Positions 44,001-55,426 of a stretch of DNA of 64,000 nucleotides are shown in pieces; within the stretch, counting starts at the first letter, position 1; each line of letters starts with the position of its first letter. The position numbers were made by a program, and so were the translations under genes. This DNA comes from Eledone cirrhosa (taxonomy: Eukaryota), in NCBI GenBank assembly GCA_964016885.1, contig OZ024744.1, positions 9,548,001-9,612,000 on the forward strand, in the 5' to 3' direction. The notes under the pieces were generated by a model that saw nothing but the letters and a program-made list of their open reading frames with translations, was not told the origin of the DNA and did not search any database.

Positions 44001-44825
44001 GAATCTGTCTTTTATAACGCCAGGCAGTCCGGATTGTGGTGCATACGCAGATATTATTGTCACCGTAGTTCTATTGAGGACAAGTCTTATTTTAATTATT
44101 CTGTCGTTCACTCTATTTACGTCTATTATCTTATCTGCCCACTTTTCTGCTACCATGATTCCTACCCCACCCAGCCCATTGTCATTTCCCACCCAGAAAA
44201 GCTTATAGCATCGTTCTTTACCCACAATGAATTTAGCAGACCCACCCCTCCACCTGGTCTCTTGAATACAGCAAACATCAACCTCCTTACGTTCAAGCAT
44301 TTCTACAACCTCATTAGAGCGACCCTTTAAGGTGCCTACATTCATGGTACCAACTCTGAAGTTTTGGATTGCGTTTGGAGGGTGGGAACGGTGGGGCGCA
44401 GGGGGGGAGATGGCGTTATGTTAGCCATCCGCGGCCGAAATAAAGAGGAGGAGGCCTTGCATTCTCATCCAGCAGCATGAGGTGAATTTGTCTTTATCTT
44501 TGGCATTGTCACTGAGTGTCCAGATATTTTCTTTTTAAACTCTCCAGAATTCCGTAGTCCATCCATCATATCGAAAGGCAACCAGGTAAGTGATAACATA
44601 GCCCGCTGACTTATGATTGGCCCACGTAATAATGGTGGTGCGTGGGGGCGGGTGGGAGGGATATTGGGTAGTTAGCGAGAAGGTTAAGGTTTAAATAAGA
44701 TCCCCGTATTTTGGGCATAATTTAACAAGCATAAAAAATACAAGATTTGTTTTGAAAAATACGCTAGAATTATCGAATAGAAAAGCAACAAAGATTGGAT
44801 TCTGGGAGAAATGATAGAGATTGAT
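40975..44825 (-). mobile_element. Near full-length RTE-clade LINE (APE endonuclease + RT + Cys-rich insert), inactivated by stops and frameshifts
   Basis: NVGTL, CCIQETRW, SAYAPQ, GDLNGHVG; QFGF, VHQGSILSP, YADD; CPKC..WVHKRC; (CAT)n tail at 40975; 5' edge approximate. Confidence 0.95.
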
Positions 44826-44867
44826 GTATATATAGAGTAATGTAAATGTTATGTGAGGTATTATGTG

Positions 44868-45178
44868 ACCGTGACCTCTGGCGTCACGCAGTAATACAGA
44901 GTACCCGACCTCCCATGGGTACAAGCTGAAGCATATAGACAATATGCCTCCACACCCTCCCACTGCAAGGTGGTCGTGGAGGTGCCACGGCAAAAAAGCA
45001 CCCAGCACTCACTGTAAATGAGGTTGGTGTTAGGAAGGGCATCCAGCTGTAGAAACCAAACCAAAATCAGTTCCTGTATGAGTAAGGCATGGTCAGCCGA
45101 CCAGACACTGCCCACAACAGGACAACCCGTCTAACCCATGCTAGCATGGAAGAACGGACGTAAAACGGTGATGATGAT
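44868..45178 (+). mobile_element. RTE 3'UTR fragment with (GAT)n tail
   Basis: Homologous to 51160-51470. Confidence 0.85.
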
Positions 45179-45760
45179 AAAGCCTTTACTGTGAAAATAT
45201 AATAGTATATATAGAGTAATGTAAATGTTATGTGAGGTAAAGCCTTTACTGTGAAAATACAATAGTATATATAGAGTAATGTAAATGTTATGTGAGATAT
45301 TATGTGAGGTAAAGCCTTTACTGTGAAAATACAATAGTATATATAGAGTAATGTAAATGTTATGTGAGATATTATGTGAGGTAAAGCCTTTACTGTGAAA
45401 ATACAATAGTATATATAGAGTAATGTAAATGTTATGTGAGATATTATGTGAGGTAAAGCCTTTACTGTGAAAATATAATAGTATATATAGAGTAATGTAG
45501 ATGTTATGTGAGGTAAAGCCTTTACTGTGAAAATACAATAGTATATATAGAGTAATGTAAATGGTATGTGAGGTAAAGCCTTTACTGTGAAAATATAATA
45601 GTATATATAGAGTAATGTAAATGTTATGTGAGATATTATGTGAGGTAAAGCCTTTACTGTGAAAATACAATAGTATATATAGAGTAATGTAAATGGTATG
45701 TGAGATATTATGTGAGGTAAAGCCTTTACCATGAAAATATAATAGTATATATAAAATAAT
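45178..45760. repeat. 60/74-bp AT-rich minisatellite of MITE internal sequence, ~8.5 copies
   Basis: Unit TAAAGCCTTTACTGTGAAAATAYAATAGTATATATAGAGTAATGTAAATGTTATGTGAG with or without a 14-bp extra block. Confidence 0.95.
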
Positions 45761-45846
45761 GTGAATGCTAAAGGGTTAATTTAATACTCCTTTTTTGCGA
45801 TTGGGTTTATTGGTTATTGATTAATCATTTGATTTCCATTGCATAG

Positions 45847-45934
45847 GAAGAACCAAGACAGTCAGAAGGAGATGAAGTTGCTTCTAGATATGTACAAAAG
45901 TTCATCATCAAAGGAGAATCGGGACAAAGTTCAG
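45847..45934 (+). CDS. BRE1: Bre1 exon E, 88 nt, phase 2-0
   Basis: gcatag|G AAG...CAG|gtaaat; KNQDSQKEMKLLLDMYKSSSSKENRDKVQ, with the conserved EMKLLLDMY motif. Confidence 0.95.
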
Positions 45935-45977
45935 GTAAATATTACAAGTTCATCATGACCGTTTTACGTCCGTTTGC

Positions 45978-46661
45978 CCCGCTGGATGTATAATAGTAAT
46001 ATATGTGAACAGCAAAGCATAAATGAACTAAGTGAGAAATTAGGTATAAGAGGGATCAGATGCTGTTTACTCGAGAGAAGACTACGTTGGTATGGTCACG
46101 TGATGCGCATGAAAGACGACAGCTGTATAAAAAAGTGCAGGGCGATCAAAATTGATGGCAGTTATGGAGTAGGTAGACCCAGAAAAACCTGGGACGATTT
46201 GATAAATTCCGACCTTCCACACTTACACCTCTTTAAGACAATGTCACTGGACCGAGATCTTTGGTGCTACACAGTAATACAGAAGACCCGCCTTGCCTAT
46301 GTACAAAGCGAAACCTACAGTCAGTAGGCACCTCTTAACCAAAATACACCCCATCAACACCATTCTTTCTCTAAAGTTATGTTGGTACCACAACATCCAG
46401 TCCTAAACAAATGAGGTTGTGTAGGTGTCACGACAAAAAAACACACAGTCACGCTATAATGTAGCCGTGTAGGTAACACGGTAAAAACCTCCCAGTTCCA
46501 CACTGTAAATGCGGTTGGTGTTAGAAAGGGCATCCAGCTGTAGAAAACACGCCAGACAGTCCTATAAGAGCGTCACAACCAATCTTGCCTCAAGTGGGAC
46601 AATTCCCATCTAAACCCATGCTAGTGTGGAAGATAGACGTTAAATGACGATGATGATGATG
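45978..46661 (+). mobile_element. 5'-truncated RTE LINE with (GAT)n tail
   Basis: ERRLRWYGHVMRM...GRPRKTW, then 3'UTR and tail. Confidence 0.92.
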
Positions 46662-46992
46662 TCCCAGTGCAACTGCTACATGTAAAGACTACATTCTTAA
46701 CAAAACTTCGTGAGATCCCCCTATATCTCTTGTGTACCCATAGTTTGCATTTAGGGCAGAGGGTGCAATTTCTGCCCACATCTTTCCTACATACTGAGCA
46801 AGGCCATTTCCCTGAGGGGATCTGGGTTCTGTTTTCCTGTCTACTTAAGAGGACCTTACTCTTTGTCAGGTTGACTCAGACCCTTTCTTCCTAGTCCCTG
46901 CTTCCATGTTTGGAATTTCTTCTCCAGGTACACCATAGATTCAGCCATAAGTGTAAGATCATCTGTGTACAGAAGTTCCTTTCGGCAGCCTG
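46662..46992 (-). mobile_element. Diverged RTE internal fragment
   Basis: Homologous to 42010-42325 (YADD region to Cys-rich insert). Confidence 0.8.
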
Positions 46993-47112
46993 CATTCGCA
47001 TTAATTTTCAAATATTATGTTTATCTGTTCATATTATTTTGAGTTAATCATGCTCAAGAGGGTTATCAATTTTATTTGTTTGTAATTTTCTTAATTTTCT
47101 ATGTGCAGGCTT

Positions 47113-47890
47113 TTACCTAGTTTCTCAGTTCATCCATACACGTCACATGTCTATACCAACACTGTCTCCTCTCCTACACACTACATCTGATTCCTCTTAT
47201 ACCTAGTTTCTCTTCCAGTTCATCCATACACATCACATGTCTATACCAACACAGTCTCCTCTCCTACACACTACATCTGATTCCTCTTATACCTAGTTTC
47301 TCTCTCCATCCATACACATCACATGTCTATACCAACACAGTCTCCTCTCTTACACACTACACCTGATTCCTCTTATACCTAGTTTCTCTCTCCATCCATA
47401 CACATCACATGTCTATACCAACACAGTCTCCTCTCCTACACACTACATCTGATTCCTCTTATACCTAGTTTCTCTCTCAGTCCATCCAGACACATCACAT
47501 ATCTATACCAACACAGTCTCCTCTCCTATACACTACATCTGATTCCTCTTATACCTAGTTTCTCTCTCCATCCATACACATCACATGGCTATACCAATAC
47601 AGTCTCCTCTCCTACACACTACATCTGATTCCTCTTATACCTAGTTTCTCTCTCCATCCATACACATCACATGTCTATACCAACACAGTCTCCTCTCCTA
47701 CACACTACATCTGATTCCTCTTATACCTAGTTTCTCTTCCAGTCCATCCATACACATCACATGTCTATACCAACACAGTCTCCTCTCCTACACACTACAT
47801 CTGATTCCTCTTATACATAGTTTCTCTCTTAATTCGTTTATGCTTTGTCGTTCTTGTATATTACTATTACACATCCTTTTGAGCATCCAT
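47113..47890 (-). repeat. 86/90-bp minisatellite made from RTE coding sequence, 8 units, running into unamplified RTE
   Basis: ACCTAGTTTC at 47115, 47201, 47291, 47377, 47463, 47553, 47639, 47725 and (variant) 47815; minus strand reads EKLGIRGIRCSV.ERRL.WY.HVM. Confidence 0.93.
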
Positions 47891-47912
47891 CTATTGATTT
47901 GATCTGTTGCAG

Positions 47913-48095
47913 TTAATGAAAGCAGAAAAGAAAGCTCGTCAAGAAGTTGAAGATCTCCACAATCATATTCGTAAGATGCAGGAGGCTGAACGCAAAGAAC
48001 GTCGAAAGTTAGCTGATGATGATGCTTTACGTAAGATAAAAAAGCTCGAAGACACAATCAGTGATCTGCAGAAGAGTCTGGCAGCTCAGAAACAG
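47913..48095 (+). CDS. BRE1: Bre1 exon F, 183 nt, phase 0-0
   Basis: ttgcag|TTA...CAG|gtaat; LMKAEKKARQEVEDL...ERRKLADDDALRKIKKLEDTI...AAQKQ. Confidence 0.95.
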
Positions 48096-48254
48096 GTAAT
48101 GTTCTCTCTTAGCACAGCAAACTTATTTACTAAGTAATGTGGGTTGTAACACAGGTGTGGCACAATCTCTGTGAAGTGAAAGTCAAATAGTGCCTGTGTT
48201 TTTATTGGCAAAATGACTATCCCCAAATATAACAATATCTCCATATCAGAAAAA

Positions 48255-48858
48255 GGGGATAGGTGTAAAAGCCAAACTCGCTGTCTTCCTGGTATTCCTG
48301 CCAACTCTTACTAATCTTGAGTAATGACCAAAAGAATACAATTGCAAATAAAAGTGGCAGAAATGGGATTCCTCCGAAGGGTCTTTGGAGCAACGTTACT
48401 CGATAAAGTGTGTAGCTCAGAGACCAGAAAGTCACTCCAGGTAGAGCCACTACTTCTCTGAATTGAGAGATCATAGCTCTGATACTATGGACATGTGGTT
48501 AGAATGTCTCAGGAAAGAATCTCTGGACAGATTTGTAGCTCAGACCAGAGAGTCACTCCTGGTAGAGCCGCTACTTCTCCGAATTGAGAGATCACAGATC
48601 TGATATTATGAGCATGTGGTTAAAATGTCTCAATAACGAATCGCTGGACACATTTTACAGGCAAAACCAACCGTCAAGAGACCCAGAGGTAGACCCTAAG
48701 CATGGTAGCTGGATAACATCCATGAGCTTGGCTTGTCACGTTTTGGGATCCAGCTGGATCAGTTAGAGATGTTTGCTTCTGACAGACTCACTGGAAGGAA
48801 TGTTTGAGAAGGACTCTGCCTCCACGACCCTCTCAGAAATAAGTGGGTGAAGAAGGAG
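48255..48858 (+). mobile_element. Decayed RTE-clade LINE 3' fragment of a different (Expander/Rex3-like) lineage, with a ~120-bp internal duplication
   Basis: Translates as AEMGFLRRVFGATLLDKV.SSE.RKSLQVEPLLL*IERS*L*YYGHVVRM; the block from TGTAGCTCAG occurs twice. Confidence 0.7.
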
Positions 48859-48977
48859 ATATTGTCAATTTACTTTTCAATTTACATATATATATTTGCG
48901 TATAATACCAATATGCACACTACATATGCTAGCAGAAAACCGGCCGAAGGGTAGTTTTTCTGCTAGTATAGAGTAAT

Positions 48978-49448
48978 CATCATCATCATCATCATTTTAC
49001 GTCCGCTTTTCCCTGCTTGCAAGGGTGGGGTGGGTCTTATTCAGCACAGCATCTCTCCACTCGTCATGGTCCTTCGTCATCTCCACCGTGAGCTTCAGTG
49101 ATCTGAGGTCTGTTCTCACCACCTCCGCCCATGTTTTTCGTAGTCTACCTCTACCACGTCTTCCTTCAACTGGCATTTCCTGGCACTTCTTCACCCATCG
49201 GTCATCCTCCATGCGCATCACATGTCCATACCACCTCAGTCTCCTCTCTCGCACACTGCATTCTATCCCTCTCAGACACAGTTTCTCTCTCAACACATTC
49301 ATGCTGGGTCGTTCACGCACATTGACATTGAACATCCAACGGAGCATGCTTGCCTCATTTCTCTCCAACCGTCGCATATCCTCTGCAGTTGCTGCCCATG
49401 TCTCACTACAATGCAGCATCACGTTCCTCACACAGGCATCATATAATC
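48978..49448 (-). mobile_element. 5'-truncated RTE LINE with probable 6-bp TSD AGTAAT, inserted in a MITE right end
   Basis: (CAT)n tail; ERRLRWYGHVMRM; AGTAAT at 48972-48977 and 49449-49454; followed by GCTAAAGGG|TTAA. Confidence 0.9.
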
Positions 49449-49557
49449 AGTAATGTAAATGCTAAAGGGTTAATTTCTTTCAAGAATGCCTTGTTAATGT
49501 AGTTTCAGGATTTAAGATTTAACGATAATATTCCAATATAATTCTTTCTTTGTTCAG

Positions 49558-49686
49558 CGTGAAGAAGCATTGCTCAGTGAAATGGATGTAACTGGCCAGG
49601 CTTTTGAAGATATGCAAGAACAAAATATGCGCTTGATTCAGCAACTAAAGGAGAAAGATGACGCTAACTTCAAACTGATGTCAGAG
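49558..49686 (+). CDS. BRE1: Bre1 exon G, 129 nt, phase 0-0
   Basis: gttcag|CGT...GAG|gttagt; [42 protein letters not shown], the diagnostic Bre1 block. Confidence 0.97.
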
Positions 49687-49718
49687 GTTAGTACATTTAC
49701 ATTTATTTTGTACAATAA

Positions 49719-50710
49719 CCCTTTAACATTCACATTAATTTGTCATGTCATGCTTACCTGTTCGCATTATTTCATCCTTACGGGGTCGATAAGATAAAGA
49801 CCAGTAATGCACTGGGTAATTGCTGGCCTTGTGCCAAACATAGAAACAATTATTTTGGTGGTAGATTGGCAGTAACGGTAGAGGGTCGGACGCCATGCTT
49901 TGACGCATAGAGTTACGGCCCTTGCCATTCTGAGTTCAAATCCCGCCGAGGTTAACTTTGCCTTTCATCCTTACGGGGTCGATAAAATAAAGTACCAGTA
50001 ATACACTGGGTTATTACTGGCCTTGTGCCAAAAGTAGAAACAATTATTTTCAGTTAATCATACTCAAGAGGGTTATCAATTTTATTTGTTTGTAATTTTC
50101 TTAATTTTCTATGTGCAGGCTTGAAATTTTGTCAGTAGATGTTTAAATATCAATAATTTACAATTATATAATTTTACCTGATTTTTTTTTGTTAAATTTG
50201 ACTTTTATGGGCAGGTGAAATTAATTAATAGGGGCATTTGAAGTATCAACCAGGTGCAAATACTGGTTTAATTTTAAATATGTTGTTTTCGGCATAATAC
50301 TTGATATATAAGAATCACTAAACCTTATATCAGTGTTCCAGTATTTCCACAGTCTTGGAAATTGTTTTATACCGAACATAATATTTACGGTAAAAAATGC
50401 TTGCATTTCCGCAGGATCTGTCGGTTGTCAAACAGATCGGGTTTACCTTGATTTGAAATCTGTTGTTGGGCATATCGATTAATCTTTTCTGCCACAACTT
50501 CGAAGGAAGTTTGTGGTAAAAACAAAAAGAAATAATCTAGTGCTTTATCATCGGGAGCTAATGTGTTGTGGACCAGTATTTTGAATAAAATCAGGAACAT
50601 ATATTAGTGTGGTATTTTTCAACCACGTTGCTGTAATATTTTCAATGGCGGCCTGGAGATCTCCTTTGTTTTCACTTTCAAAACAATCATCGTCGGACGA
50701 AATTTCAGAA
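49719..50710 (-). mobile_element. Second copy of the piggyBac derivative, interrupted by SINEs and truncated by an RTE
   Basis: CCCTTTAACATTC terminus; 50050-50710 closely matches 33930-34590. Confidence 0.88.
49770..50048 (+). mobile_element. Tandem SINEs: a 3' half followed by a full tRNA-derived SINE with a Nin/Deu-like domain
   Basis: B box GAGTTCAAATCC; TTTCATCCTTACGGGGTCGATAA core twice; tail CTGGCCTTGTGCCAAA twice. Confidence 0.8.
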
Positions 50711-50713
50711 ATA

Positions 50714-51471
50714 TAAAAAGTTCAGGGAGCTACTGCCACTGCTAGCTGCAAAAGGCTTTTCCCTCAAAATGAAAAGCAGACTGTATGATGTGTGCATACG
50801 AATAGCAATGTTACATGGTAGTGAGACCTGGGCGCTGAAGGTGGAAGACTTGCGTAGATTAGAAAGAAACAAAGCTTGCATGCTCCGATGGATGTGTAAT
50901 AGTAATATATGCAAATGGCAAAGCATAAACGAATTGAAAGAGAGACTGAGCATAAGAGGAATCAAATGCTGTGTGCAGGAGAGGAGGTTTCGTTGGTATG
51001 GGCATGTGATGCATATGAAGGATGACAGCTGCATAAAAAGGTGCAGAGCACTAGAAGTCAATGGAAACCTTGGATTGGGGAGACCCAAGATTACCTGGGA
51101 TGAGGTGATAAAAGCTGACCGTACCCAATTACACCACTCAAAGGTGATGACACCTGACTGTGACATGTGGCGTCACGCAGGAATACAGAATACCCGACCC
51201 CCCCACGGGTACAAGCTGAAGCTGAAGCATATAGACAATATGCCCCACACCCTCCCACTGTAAAGGGGTCGTGGAGGTGCCACGGAAAAAAAGCACCCAG
51301 CCCACACTGGTTGGTGTTAGGAAAGGCATCCAGCTGTAGAAATCAAGCCAGAATCAGTTCCCATATGAGCAAGGCATGGTCAGCCGACCGGACACTGCCC
51401 ACAGCAGGACAACCCGTCTAACCCATGCTAGCGTGGAAGAACGGACGTAAAACAGTGATGATGATGATGAT
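50714..51471 (+). mobile_element. 5'-truncated RTE LINE with (GAT)n tail
   Basis: ORF 50769-51263: LYDVCIR, HGSETW, RWYGHVM, GRPKITW. Confidence 0.92.
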
Positions 51472-51717
51472 ATTTTTGTATACACAATAACAAAATATAA
51501 ACAAACGTATTTACTTCACGAGGCTCGAGAAGGATAAGTATATATCAAATATATAAGAACCCTAGAGCAAATCCCGACCAATGCCGAGTCATTCTGCTAG
51601 TACTTATCTAAAAACCTTCCATCATAATTTTATGTAAGAACCTTTGTTAAGTTATGTTCCAAACACTACAGACAGTGTATTTCATTATTCCTTCCTTCTC
51701 TGTATGTCCCTGTGCAG

Positions 51718-51890
51718 CGCATCAAGTCGAACCAGATCCACAAATTACTCCGCGAAGAGAAGGACAGTTCGGCAGAGCAGGTAGCTACCCTCCATGGTCA
51801 GGTGCAGGCTCAGAATCAGGTGGTACGCAAACTTGAAGAGAAGGAGCGCATCCTGCAGAATAACCTCGCTACTGTTGAGAAAGAACTCAG
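51718..51890 (+). CDS. BRE1: Bre1 exon H, 173 nt, phase 0-2
   Basis: gtgcag|CGC...CTCAG|gtgtgt; [15 protein letters not shown]...[13 protein letters not shown]. Confidence 0.96.
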
Positions 51891-51941
51891 GTGTGTATGT
51901 CTTGAGTGGAGGTGTGTTGGAGTGTGGTATGGCTAGATGGT

Positions 51942-52960
51942 TACATGACCACTTTACAGAGTGTACTGGGTGCTTTTTGTTGTGACACCTACATGACCAC
52001 TTTACAGAGTCTACTAGGTGCTTTTTGTTGTGACACCTACATGAACACTTTACAGTGTGTACTGGGTGTTTTTTGTCATGAAACCTACATGACCACTTTA
52101 CAGTGGACTGGCTTTTGTTGTAACACCTACATGACCACTTTACACTGTGGACTAGGTACTTTTTGTTGTGACACCTACATGACCACTTTACAGTGTGGAA
52201 TAGGTACTTTTTGTTGTGACACCTACATGACCACTTTACAGTGTGTACTGGGTACTTTTTGTTGTGACACATGAGCACTTTACAGTGTACTGGGTACTTT
52301 TTGTTGTGACACCTACATGACCACTTTACAGTGTGTACTGGGTACTTTTTGTTGTGACACCTACATGACCACTTTACAGTGTGTACTGGGTACTTTTTGT
52401 TGTGACACCTACATGACCACTTTACAGTGTGTACTGGGTACTTTTTGTTGTGACACCTACATGACCACTTTACAGTGTGTACTGGGTACTTTTTGTTGTG
52501 ACACCTACATGACCACTTTACAGTGTGTACTGGGTACTTTTTGTTGTGACATCTACATGACCAATTTACAGTGTGTACTGGGTAATTTTGTTGTGACACC
52601 TACATGACCACTTTACAGTGTGTACTGGGTGCTTTTTGTTGTGACACCTACATGAGCACTTTACAGTGTACTGGGTACTTTTTGTTGTGACACCTACATG
52701 ACCACTTTACAGTGTGTACTGGGTACTTTTTGTTGTGACACCTACATGAGCACTTTACAGTGTACTGGGTACTTTTTGTTGTGACACCTACATGACCACT
52801 TTACAGTGTGGACTGGGTACTTGTGACACCTACAAGACCACTTTACAGTGTGGACTGGGTACTTGTGACACCTACACGACCACTTTACAGTGTGGACTGG
52901 GTACTTTTTGTTGTGTCACCTACATGATTACTTTATAGTGTGGACTGGGTACTTTTTGTA
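51942..52960. repeat. 48-bp minisatellite, ~21 copies, derived from the RTE 3'UTR
   Basis: Unit ACATGACCACTTTACAGTGTGTACTGGGTACTTTTTGTTGTGACACCT; matches 41137-41233 and 55808-55902. Confidence 0.95.
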
Positions 52961-53017
52961 ATGCGAACATAACTTTACAGAATATGATGATCGTTTCTTT
53001 CCTTTTCTGCTTATCAG

Positions 53018-53195
53018 CCTCCGTCAACAAGCTATGGAAATGCACAAACGAAAGGCAGTTGAGAGTGCCCAGGCAGCAGCTGATCTGAAGTTACGCCTTG
53101 ATAAATACCAGTCACAATTGAAAGAGGCCCAGGTTGCTGTTGCTGAAAAGACTGCTCACCTAGAAAAGGAGTCATTCAAGTTTAAAAGGATGCAG
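53018..53195 (+). CDS. BRE1: Bre1 exon I, 178 nt, phase 2-0
   Basis: tatcag|C CTC...CAG|gtagg; LRQQAMEMHKRKAVESAQAAADLK...EKESFKFKRMQ. Confidence 0.95.
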
Positions 53196-53239
53196 GTAGG
53201 CCTTATTTCTTCAACTGCTCACATGTCTTGAAGCTGATT

Positions 53240-55426
53240 CAGATCCACAAACATATAATATATACAAAGCAGGTAATACACACATCTAGGACCACATACA
53301 ACACACAGGCAGGTAATACATACATCTAGGACCACATACAACACATAACCAGGTAATACATACATCTAGGACTACATACAACACATAACCAGGTAATACA
53401 TACATCTAGGACCACATACAACACACAAGCAGGTAATACATACATCTAGGACCACATACAACACACAAGCAGGTAATACATACATCTAGGACTACATACA
53501 ACACATAACCAGGTAATACATACATCTAGGACCACATACAACACACAAGCAGGTAATACATACATCTAGGACCACATACAACACATAACCAGGTAATACA
53601 TACATCTAGGACCACATACAACACATAACCAGGTAATACATACATCCAGGACTACATACAACACACAATCAGGTAATACATACATCCAGGACTACATACA
53701 ACACACAAGCAGGTTATACACACATCTAGGACCACATACAATACACAAGCAGGTAATACATACATCTAGGACTACATACAACACACAAGCAGGTAATACA
53801 TACATCTAGGACCACATACAACACATAACCAGGTAATACATACATCTAGGACTACATACAACACATAACCAGGTAATACATACATCTAGGACTACATACA
53901 ACACATAACCAGGTAATACATACATCTAGGACCACATACAACACACAAGCAGGTAATACATACATCTAGGACCACATACAACACACAGGCAGGTAATACA
54001 CACATCTAGGACCACATACAATACACAAGCAGGTAATACATACATCTAGGACTACATACAACACACAAGCAGGTAATACATACATCTAGGACCACATACA
54101 ACACATAACCAGGTAATACATACAACACATAACCAGGTAATACATACATCTAGGGCCACATACAACACATAACCAGGTAATACATACATCTAGAACTACA
54201 TACAACACACAAGCAGGTAATACATACATATAGGGCCACATACAACACACAAGCAGGTAATACATACATCTAGGACCACATACAACACATAACCAGGTAA
54301 TACATACATCTAGGACTACATACAACACATAACCAGGTAATACACACATCTAGGACCACATACAACACACAGGCAGGTAATACATACATCCAGGACTACA
54401 TACAACACACAGGCAGGTAATACATACATCTAGGACTACATACAACACATAACCAGGTAATACATACATCTAGAACCACATACAACACACAGGCAGGTAA
54501 TACATACATCCAGGACTACATACAACACACAGGCAGGTAATACATACATCTAGGACTACATACAACACATAACCAGGTAATACATACATCTAGGACTACA
54601 TACAACACATAACCAGGTAATACATACATCTAGGACCACATACAACACATAACCAGGTAATACATACATCTAGAACCACATACAACACACAGGCAGGTAA
54701 TACATACATCCAGGACTACATACAATACACAGGCAGGTAATACATACATCTAGGACTACATACAACACACAGGCAGGTAATACATAGATCTCGGACCACA
54801 TACAACACACAAGCAGGTAATACACACATCTAGGACCACATACAACACACAAGCAGGTAATACATACATCTAGGGCCACATACAACACACAGGCAGGAAA
54901 TACACACATCTAGGACCAGATAAAACACACAAGCAGGTAATACATACATCTAGGACCACATACAACACACAGGCAGGAAATACACACATCTAGGACCAGA
55001 TAAAACACACAGGCAGGTAATAACACATCTAGGACCACATACAACACACAGGCAGGTAATACATACATCTAGGACCACATACAACACACAGGCAGGTAAT
55101 ACATACATCTAGGACCACATACAACACACAGGCAGGTAATACATACATCTAGGACCACATACAACACATACAACACACAGGCAGGTAATACATACATCTA
55201 GGACTACATACAACACACAGGCAGGTAATACATACATCTAGGACCACATACAACACATACAACACACAGGCAGGTAATACATACATCTAGGACTACATAC
55301 AACACACAAGCAGGTAATACATACATCTAGGACTACATACAACACACAAGCAGGTAATACATACATCTAGGACGATATACAACACACAGGCAGGTAATAC
55401 ATACATCTTTGACCACATACAACACA
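53240..55426. repeat. 40-bp minisatellite, ~54 copies
   Basis: Unit AGGTAATACATACATCTAGGACYACATACAACACAYARSC. Confidence 0.97.

Larger units (their letters stand above)
40751..45776. mobile_element. piggyBac-type MITE expanded by nested RTE insertions and an internal tandem repeat
   Basis: TTAA|CCCATTAGTGTT left end, GCTAAAGGG|TTAA right end; internal repeat present on both sides of the RTE (40875-40974 and 44826-45760). Confidence 0.7.

Noticed and set aside
45067-54909. Repetitive Cys/His/Tyr-rich ORFs (45067-45732, 51745-52599, 51906-52607, 54086-54909)
   Set aside because: Translations of minisatellites; no splice or homology support.
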